Shown here in pieces: positions 8,395 to 15,349 of a stretch of 20,249 nucleotides of DNA; the first letter of the stretch is position 1; the number at the start of each line of letters is the position of its first letter. The notes beneath the pieces are model-generated. The model ran no database searches. It saw nothing but the letters and a program-made list of their open reading frames with translations, and was not told the origin of the DNA. A program made the position numbers and the translations under genes. Origin of the DNA: Candidatus Hadarchaeota archaeon (GTDB taxonomy: Archaea; CAYQAE01; CAYVLA01); assembly GCA_964621445.1 (NCBI GenBank), contig CAZUNO010000034.1:1-20249 (forward strand). The letters run 5' to 3'.

Positions 8395-9276
8395 GTGAAT
8401 ACCCGCTTGTTTGGACCCGAGCTGGATAGAAAGGCAAAAAAAGCATCTCTGATAGGCATCGTGGGGAATTCCTGCCTGGCCGTCTTCAAGCTGGCGGCGG
8501 GATTATTCTCCGGGAGCCTGGCGGTTATAGCGGATTCCCTCAACTCCTTATCCGATCTCCCCGGGTCTCTGCTCGTATGGTATGGGTTAAGAAAGGCCAG
8601 GAAGCCGCCTGACACCAAACACCCCTTCGGACACGGGGATGTGGAGGCCCTGATTGGCCTCTTCGTGGCGATCTCGCTGGTGATCGTCGCCTACGAGCTC
8701 GGGAAGCAATCCGTATTCCGTTTGATCCAACAGAGGTACGGAACGGTAGGCTGGCTGGCTATACTGGCCTCCGGGGTTTCTACGGTCGTGAAGATCGCCC
8801 TCGCTCTCTACACCTCTAAACTGGGGGAGGAGGTCCATAGCCCGGCTTTACAGGCCCAGGCCTGGGACCACAAGAGCGACGCTCTAAGTTCGGCGGCGGT
8901 GATGTTCGGGGTCACCGGCGCCCATCTGGGAGTTGGGGTCCTGGACCCCTTGCTGGCCTTTTTAGTGGCCCTGGTCATCGGGTGGATGGGGATCAGGGTC
9001 GGGAAGAGCAACATCGAGAACCTGATCGGAACGGTTCCCGACCTCGAGATGGTTGAACGGATCGAGGAGATCGCCTCCGGGGTCAAGGAGGTCAGGGAGG
9101 TTCATAAAATTAGAGTTCACTACTTCGGTCCCTACGCGGAGGTTGATATGCACGCCATCATGGACCCCTTCCTCACCATCGAGAGGAGCCACGCGGTGAC
9201 CGATCATATGATAGAGAGGATCAGGAACGAGATACCAGAGATCCGCTACGCCACCATTCACGTGGAGCCAAGGTAG
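8395..9276 (+). CDS. Cation diffusion facilitator (CDF) transporter
   Basis: SGSLAVIADSLNSLSD, KPPDTKHPFGHG, AWDHKSD, LDP, C-terminal domain ending IHVEP. Confidence 0.95.
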   Translation: MNTRLFGPELDRKAKKASLIGIVGNSCLAVFKLAAGLFSGSLAVIADSLNSLSDLPGSLLVWYGLRKARKPPDTKHPFGHGDVEALIGLFVAISLVIVAYELGKQSVFRLIQQRYGTVGWLAILASGVSTVVKIALALYTSKLGEEVHSPALQAQAWDHKSDALSSAAVMFGVTGAHLGVGVLDPLLAFLVALVIGWMGIRVGKSNIENLIGTVPDLEMVERIEEIASGVKEVREVHKIRVHYFGPYAEVDMHAIMDPFLTIERSHAVTDHMIERIRNEIPEIRYATIHVEPR

Positions 9277-9320
9277 TGAAAATAAAAGTTTGCATGTCTT
9301 GGCGACCGGAGATATATCTG

Positions 9321-9326
9321 ATATAA
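9321..9326 (+). repeat. Target-site duplication ATATAA (left copy)
   Basis: Identical 6-mer abuts both IS ends. Confidence 0.85.
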
Positions 9327-9346
9327 CTCATCTTTGACAGTTTGGT
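9327..9346 (+). repeat. IS terminal inverted repeat (downstream of transposase)
   Basis: CTCATCTTTGACAGTTTGGT. Confidence 0.8.
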
Positions 9347-9433
9347 TTGGCCGTTATTGGGGTGTGGTGAGGTTTTTGTTTGGGTTGTAGAGTTCTGAGG
9401 TTCCTTCTTTTTTTGGGGGGGGTTTTTCTGCCT

Positions 9434-11071
9434 CTACATTTGCTTTGTCAGTATCTTGGGGGGTTTCTCGACGTTCAGGTTTTTGAGGGTTTCTTGTTGT
9501 GTTTGGTTGATTTGGTTTCTTTGGTAGATTTGCTGGCCTTGAATCTCTATGATGTTTACCTTGATCTGTTCTAGTTTGTCCATGATCTCTCGGAATGTTT
9601 GCCCGGTTTTTTTCTCCATCAATCTTCTTATCAGGAGGGCTAGGATGCATATGAAGATGTGTCCTTTCACCCTTTTGTCGGTGTGGTGGTAGATTGGCCT
9701 CAGCTTTATCAGGTTTTTGAGTTCGTTGGAGGCTTTCTCAACGTCTTTCAACTCTTTGTAGGAGTTCATGGCTTGTGACGGCTCGAGATTGGTGGTGGTG
9801 ACCAGTAGGAATTTTCCGGCGATGGCTCGCTCGTACCGCCACGCCTCCTGGTTGAGTTGGCACTTGACTGTGTCGTCGATGTCGACATCGAACAGGCGTT
9901 TGTTTTTGCCGAGGATCTTTTTGACTTGGTTCATGGCTCCCTGCTTGGTCATGGGACGTCCGCGTTCTTCTCCGCTCCGGGATTTCTCGAATCTCGCCCT
10001 CAACTCTTGGAGCTCTTCCTCCGCCTCCTCTTTCACTTTTTTCAGGGTCTCCAGTCTAGCTTTGCGTGTTTCCTGGTCCAGGCAGAGGATGTATCGACGT
10101 GTCGCGCCGTCGATCTCCTCGCGGTGAACCTCGTTCGCCCTCACCTTGCCCGAACCCGCCGAGTCGGGGACCTCTCTGGCCAGGAGCTTCTCGGCGAGCT
10201 TGTTCTTCCGGCGCCTGGTTGAGAGTATGTACCTGTAATTTTCCTCGAGCTTGTCCAGGTTCGGTAAAGAGATAACTCCCCTATCCGCTACAAACGCTAC
10301 CTTTTCTATCCCGAATCTTTTCTTCAGATCCGTCACCAGCTTCTCCAAGGTCGATTTGTCCGCGGTGTTTCCCGCCCACACTCTGTGGTAGATTGGAATC
10401 CCGTCCGCCATAACCACCCCCAGAACGAGCTGCTTCCTGTCAGGCCGGTGATCCCTGGAGTACCCGTACTCAGCCAGCCCTGGTCCCTCTCCCTCGAAGT
10501 AGGTGCTGGTCAGATCGTAGAGCACCAGGTCCAGCGACAGGTCCAGGGACTGTTTGAGGTTGTGGAACATATTCTCCTCGATCCTGTCTTTCTCCTCAAC
10601 CAGCACGTCCAGCGATCTGTAGATCCACTGCCTCTCCACCCTGACCGGGGTGTAAGCCTTCTCGTTAATCCACCTGCACGCGGACAGATCGCTCGACGGG
10701 TCATACAACCGGTTGACCGTGAGGAGAAAGATAACCCTCTCCAGGTCGAACTCGCACCTCCTCCCGGCGAAAGAACCGGCCAGAGCTTCTCGAACCCTAT
10801 CCTTTCTCCAAACCTCGTCAGCCGCCCACAAAACCCCTAGCTCGAGCTGACGCTTAATCTCGAGCTCCTTCAGCTTCACCAGCTTCTCTCCCTTCTCCAT
10901 AGCCTCTAGAACCGATTCAGCCCACTCCCAATCCTCCTCGCTCTCCATCCTTCCCAAACTCTTTATCACTTTTTGAGTAGTTTGCCCATCCTCCCTTCTC
11001 ACCGACCGTACAATCTGAGCGTACTCCCGCGTTTCCCCCTTGTACCTAGTTGTCGCTTTCTTCAGGTGCAC
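9434..11071 (-). CDS. IS1634-family DDE transposase
   Basis: LYDLTSTYFEG, YGYSRDHRPD..Q, GNTADKSTL, VADRG, Y..L..VE....LK, LRPIYH...RVKGHIFIC. Confidence 0.96.
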   Translation of the reverse strand: MHLKKATTRYKGETREYAQIVRSVRREDGQTTQKVIKSLGRMESEEDWEWAESVLEAMEKGEKLVKLKELEIKRQLELGVLWAADEVWRKDRVREALAGSFAGRRCEFDLERVIFLLTVNRLYDPSSDLSACRWINEKAYTPVRVERQWIYRSLDVLVEEKDRIEENMFHNLKQSLDLSLDLVLYDLTSTYFEGEGPGLAEYGYSRDHRPDRKQLVLGVVMADGIPIYHRVWAGNTADKSTLEKLVTDLKKRFGIEKVAFVADRGVISLPNLDKLEENYRYILSTRRRKNKLAEKLLAREVPDSAGSGKVRANEVHREEIDGATRRYILCLDQETRKARLETLKKVKEEAEEELQELRARFEKSRSGEERGRPMTKQGAMNQVKKILGKNKRLFDVDIDDTVKCQLNQEAWRYERAIAGKFLLVTTTNLEPSQAMNSYKELKDVEKASNELKNLIKLRPIYHHTDKRVKGHIFICILALLIRRLMEKKTGQTFREIMDKLEQIKVNIIEIQGQQIYQRNQINQTQQETLKNLNVEKPPKILTKQM

Positions 11072-11093
11072 AATACAGCAAGAACAACAAAAC

Positions 11094-11124
11094 TATAAAA
11101 ATATTATGCCTCCTATATGCCTCC
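11094..11124 (-). promoter_or_regulatory. TATA box of transposase (probably leaderless mRNA) with adjacent 9-bp direct repeat
   Basis: Minus strand TTTTTATA 22 nt upstream of GTG 11071; TATGCCTCC at 11105-11113 and 11116-11124. Confidence 0.55.
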
Positions 11125-11171
11125 ACAAATGTGAATTAAAGCACGCTAAAACCTTTACTCCCCAAACAAAG

Positions 11172-11191
11172 ACCCAACTGTGAAAAGTGAG
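11172..11191 (-). repeat. IS terminal inverted repeat (upstream of transposase)
   Basis: Reverse complement CTCACTTTTCACAGTTGGGT. Confidence 0.8.
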
Positions 11192-11197
11192 ATATAA
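11192..11197 (+). repeat. Target-site duplication ATATAA (right copy)
   Basis: Matches 9321-9326. Confidence 0.85.
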
Positions 11198-11212
11198 GGA
11201 GAATATCTGGGC

Positions 11213-11325
11213 ATGGGACCCAACATCGTAATCTTTCTGGCAGATGACCTGGTTATGACGACCTTTCCTGCTATGGAAGCAAATCCCACAGAACGCCCAA
11301 CATCGATGCCCTGGCCGAGGAGGAG
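11213..11325 (+). pseudogene. Frameshifted N-terminal fragment of a sulfatase
   Basis: AAGGAG SD then MGPNIVIFLADDL / (1-nt loss at ~11251) GYDDLSCYGSKSHRTPNIDALAEE, a classic sulfatase N-terminus. No CxPxR motif follows. Confidence 0.85.
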
Positions 11326-11994
11326 GGGAAAAAGATAATCGCGTTTCACCTCGGTTCCTGCGTGGTGAATGACAAGTACGGGCGAAGCCGCGATCCCCTG
11401 GAATGCGAGAAGCACATCAGGACCCAGATGGAGGCCCTGGACATGGATTTCGCCCCGCTGGTCAATGTCCACTACGTTTCAAACGTCAAAGCCTGGAAGG
11501 ATATCAACCGCAAGGGAATATTCGACCTGGCCCTAGAGCTGAGGAAAAGTGGTCTGGCGGATGGTATCTCGGTAAGCACCCACGACCCGGGGGTCATGGT
11601 TCTGGCGGCGGAGGCGGGAGCTGACACGGTGATGTACCAGGTAAATGCCTCTAATGACGGGTATGAGGCCAGGGACGATGCCCTGGTTACCTGCCGCGAT
11701 CTCTGCGTCGGGGTGGTGGCCATGAAGCCCTTCGCGGGAGGGCATTTGCTTGGGGCAGGGAAGAAGGTCAGAATCCCGGCCTACAAGACGGGATGGAGGG
11801 CCAGGACCTTGAGGGTTCCCCCGTCCGTGACGACCGTGAACCTCCTCGGATACACCCTCAGACAGCCCGGGGTGTGCACCGCGGTAACCGGGGTGTCCTC
11901 GACAGAGGAGCTGGTGGCGGATCTCGCCTACCTGAAAGCATCGGAGAAGGAGAGGGACCCCTCGGGAATCGTAAAGGAAATGGCTGAGGAGTAG
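11326..11994 (+). pseudogene. N-terminally truncated aldo/keto reductase (ORF 11362-11994), fused in frame to the sulfatase fragment
   Basis: GISVSTH, VGVVAMKPFAGG, L.Y.L.QPGV....GVSS.EEL are present. The N-terminal LG.TG..VS.IGLG and catalytic-Asp region is absent. Confidence 0.75.
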
Positions 11995-12050
11995 TCTACC
12001 CTATTCCCGTTTGCTGCCCAGGTTCGCATTTTCAAGTATAGCCAGGCTGC

Positions 12051-13442
12051 TTATGGTAGGTAAGCCCCGTGTTCCTTCAGCCTTCTCCTGAGTTCCCAGG
12101 TGTCCACCTCGTGCACATCGACTTCGTCCTGGTCCTGGATGGCCATGGCGGCCGCGATCCCCGCGGCCTCACCGGTGTTCAGGCAGCAGGGCATTATCCG
12201 TATGGAGCCGTTGACCTGTCTGTCGCTTGATATGCAGCGCCCGGCCACCAGCACGTTTTTCAGCCCCTCGGGTGTCAGGCATCGGTAGGGAACGCCGAAG
12301 CTCTCTCCCTTACCTAGCTTGGCCATGCTCTTCTTTACGGATTCCTTCATTTCCTCCACCGATTTGCCGGCCAGGGACTTGGCACTCTCTCTGGGGGAAT
12401 GCACATCAATTCCGTAGGCGTTCCGGCATATTTCGTCAGGGAAGCTCCTACGGTAGAGGTAGTCCTGGACGGTCAGGTAGTAATCTCCCATGATCCTCCT
12501 GGTCTCCCGGGCTCCGATTAAACCGCCGGTGGCCACAAGGTGTGAGTTGGCGAATGCAGGGTGGTGCTCTGAGAATGCCTGGTGGTACTGGGCCGCGATC
12601 TTTCGTCCCCTGACCAGGTTGCTGGAGACGGATTGAGGATCGGTGTTGTCCAGGCCGTAGACGTGACCGGTGTTGAAACCGTAGGTTCCGGGTCCGATCT
12701 TGATGTTGCAGGAATGGAGGTCGATTATATCCGGGTACTCATCGGATCGTATGGCCTCGTGGACCGGGCTATCCGGGTCGTAGAAGTGGATGCGAGGCCC
12801 CTTTGCCAGGGCTTCCTCGTCGATGTTGGAGATCATGAAGCACAGGGAGCCGGGCTGCATCCGGCCGTCCTGGTCCCCCTTCTCGAATTCGGCTCCCGCC
12901 CAGGCGGCGAGGTCCCCATCTCCCGTGCAGTCCACGTAGGCCTTGGCCGTAATGGCGGTTAACCCGTTCTTGTTGGAGACGATCAGGGCATTGACCCTTC
13001 CATCGGCGGACTCGACTGAGGTAAGCCGGGTGCAGAAGAGGACATGCGCCCCGAGCTCGCCGACCATGTGGTCGTAGACCCTCTTCAGCAGCTCGGGGTC
13101 GATGGCGGGCGTTGCCAGGGGGTTCTTCTCCATCTTGGCCTTGAGATGGGGCATGCCGTCCCTGCATTCCTCTAGCACCCGCTCTGCCAGTCCCCGGGCG
13201 ATGATCTTCTCCCCGTCGCTATAGCCGCAGAACCAGGGGACCAGGCCCATGGTACCCATGCCTCCCAGGGCACCGGTGGCCTCGATGAGCAGGGTCTTTG
13301 CCCCCTCCCGGGCGCAGGCCGCGGCCGCCGCACATCCCGCGGGCCCCCCGCCGACCACCACCACGTCCCAGGAATCGTCCAGGGGTAGCTTCCGTTCCTC
13401 CATGAGGTAATCATTCACTTTCAATACCCGGTTGGGTAGCAA
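12051..13442 (-). CDS. FAD-dependent oxidoreductase (PF12831 type)
   Basis: VVVVGGGPAG, LGGMGT, VDCTGDGDLA, RETRRIMG, VPYRCL, VAGRCIS, GEAAG. Start may be GTG 13418. Confidence 0.93.
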   Translation of the reverse strand: MLPNRVLKVNDYLMEERKLPLDDSWDVVVVGGGPAGCAAAAACAREGAKTLLIEATGALGGMGTMGLVPWFCGYSDGEKIIARGLAERVLEECRDGMPHLKAKMEKNPLATPAIDPELLKRVYDHMVGELGAHVLFCTRLTSVESADGRVNALIVSNKNGLTAITAKAYVDCTGDGDLAAWAGAEFEKGDQDGRMQPGSLCFMISNIDEEALAKGPRIHFYDPDSPVHEAIRSDEYPDIIDLHSCNIKIGPGTYGFNTGHVYGLDNTDPQSVSSNLVRGRKIAAQYHQAFSEHHPAFANSHLVATGGLIGARETRRIMGDYYLTVQDYLYRRSFPDEICRNAYGIDVHSPRESAKSLAGKSVEEMKESVKKSMAKLGKGESFGVPYRCLTPEGLKNVLVAGRCISSDRQVNGSIRIMPCCLNTGEAAGIAAAMAIQDQDEVDVHEVDTWELRRRLKEHGAYLP

Positions 13443-13561
13443 TGGCCGGGTTATTATCTCTTAAGGCTAGATCACTCGGGTTAGAGTTTACTCGTTACTG
13501 CAAATATTTTACACATTACCTGCATCCCAATTTGCAGGCTCAGAGCTATTAGTGATCGACC

Positions 13562-15349
13562 ATGATCTCAGCTATGGATAAGAGAACCCTGATTATCACC
13601 TTGTCAGTGGTATTAGCGGTAGGGATTTGTTTTGGGGCGGAGGAATTCGATTTTACGAGGGCTATTTACAATTCCCTGAATTACAGCGAGGATGTTAGCT
13701 TTGGGCTGAATACGGAATACACCAGAAATAATTGGTTCCGCATGGGGCCAGAACAGGCTATTGAAAGATTGAAATCCAATAGCCTGAGGGCGGCTGAAAA
13801 CAATATGACCCATATCGCGGGTCTATATTACCTGCAAGCAAAGCCCGATTTCGAATACGCCAGGGCGATAAATGAGAATGGTCACGAGGAGGAAAATACC
13901 CCTTCACCGGTTGACAGGACATACTGGCTGAGGGTGATCCATGAACCCGCATTGAAGGTTGCCAATTTGTCGCTCCACTATTCGATATCGGCGCTGGTTT
14001 TTGATTTCGAGCTTTATTATGCATCTAAACACGATACCGGCGAGGACCATAAATGGCGTCGAAGCTTCTATACCTACGACACGGCTGCGCTGAGGGATTT
14101 CGCGAACTACACCGGCATTGAAATTCCCGAGATGGAGGCTGACGAAAGGCATGATTGGCTGACATCGAAAGGCCTCATTCAGGATTATATGAGTTGGCAG
14201 GAGGAAGTGGTTTGGGAAATGGCCAGAGAGACGGAGAAAGCTGTTCATTCCATCAACCCTAACCTTTCTCTTGGTGTCCTGGGTTTCAATGATTTTTGGC
14301 TGGATTGGAGTACTCTGGAAGGTTTCTTCAATGGTGTCACGGTTACCCTTTGGACCGAAAAGACGTACGGTGGTTACGAGGAGAAAACGGTAGAATACTT
14401 GCGTAATCAATCCCGCGTTCATGGTCTTGATTGCCAGGTGCTCCCTGGGCTATGGTGTCAGGCCATGAAACCATGGGTCCTGATCGAGGACATGGAACGG
14501 GTAACGAGGCATAATGGGGCCTTCTGGATCTATAGACAGAACAAGGAGCAAGCCTACAAACTTGCTGAGGAGGAAGAATATGGAAAGGCATTCCGATTAT
14601 TCAATCGTTATGTATTAATGGATCAATCGCAGGCCGAACCTCTCCCCTCTTTTTACCTCCACCCGGGAATCGTCGCGCTGCCCTACATGGGGTCGAATGG
14701 GGTATCGGTTCTCATGAAGCCAAAAATCCAACTGGATCCAAACGATGAGGTTTACCTAATCACCGGTGCCCAGGAGCTAGAATACGTCGGCATGAATCTA
14801 AGCGTGCGGAAAATCTCATCGAGAAGAATTGCCGCCGTCGATCTCCCATGTTTTATGTACGGTTTTGAGGAGAGGGATCTGTTAGCAACTGAAGCATGGT
14901 CCTTGATCCTGGAACTTAGGAGCCTACTTGAGTCATATGGCGACCTTGGGTTGCTTGTAATGGAGGATCTGGAGACGAAGCTATCTAATGCGCTTCTGGA
15001 TTTCGAGGCCGGGAGATATAGTGAGGTTAAAGCGACTCTGGATCCTCTTTCGGAGTCTGGTTACTCTCAGGTTTTTAAGTCAATCTATCCCTCAGTGCTG
15101 GAGGCTTTGGAGAGCCCCAGGGAGTCGGATATCCCCCTGGGATCTATACGAGAGATATTGAACGCGGAAAAGCTATATGGATCAGGGAGAACCGCTGAGG
15201 GCAATACCTACCTTGTGCGGGGCCTCAGGTCTTGGTCCTTGGCAGTTAGTGAGTTTCCTCCGGGGCTGTCTGTGTCGTTGCTGGTCTTGTTTGTCCTGGT
15301 TACCGGTTCTGGCCCATACCATTTTTGCTGCCAGGATGGTGGGTACTAG
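13562..15349 (+). CDS. Secreted, C-terminally anchored protein with putative glycoside-hydrolase-like TIM barrel
   Basis: Signal peptide KRTLIITLSVVLAVGICFG; ALVFDFELY, YD..ALRDF..Y, HSINPNLSLG; helical C-terminal domain; VSEFP plus hydrophobic tail. The GH-like call is tentative. Confidence 0.75.
   Translation: MISAMDKRTLIITLSVVLAVGICFGAEEFDFTRAIYNSLNYSEDVSFGLNTEYTRNNWFRMGPEQAIERLKSNSLRAAENNMTHIAGLYYLQAKPDFEYARAINENGHEEENTPSPVDRTYWLRVIHEPALKVANLSLHYSISALVFDFELYYASKHDTGEDHKWRRSFYTYDTAALRDFANYTGIEIPEMEADERHDWLTSKGLIQDYMSWQEEVVWEMARETEKAVHSINPNLSLGVLGFNDFWLDWSTLEGFFNGVTVTLWTEKTYGGYEEKTVEYLRNQSRVHGLDCQVLPGLWCQAMKPWVLIEDMERVTRHNGAFWIYRQNKEQAYKLAEEEEYGKAFRLFNRYVLMDQSQAEPLPSFYLHPGIVALPYMGSNGVSVLMKPKIQLDPNDEVYLITGAQELEYVGMNLSVRKISSRRIAAVDLPCFMYGFEERDLLATEAWSLILELRSLLESYGDLGLLVMEDLETKLSNALLDFEAGRYSEVKATLDPLSESGYSQVFKSIYPSVLEALESPRESDIPLGSIREILNAEKLYGSGRTAEGNTYLVRGLRSWSLAVSEFPPGLSVSLLVLFVLVTGSGPYHFCCQDGGY

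Larger units (their letters stand above)
9327..11191 (-). mobile_element. IS1634-family insertion sequence, 1865 bp, apparently complete
   Basis: Transposase; imperfect terminal IRs CTCATCTTTGACAGTTTGGT vs CTCACTTTTCACAGTTGGGT (16/20); 6-bp direct repeat. Confidence 0.92.

Noticed and set aside
9354-9650. Second ORF in the IS (98 aa, and the antisense 64 aa)
   Set aside because: These overlap the transposase 3' end and are explained by the strong compositional skew.
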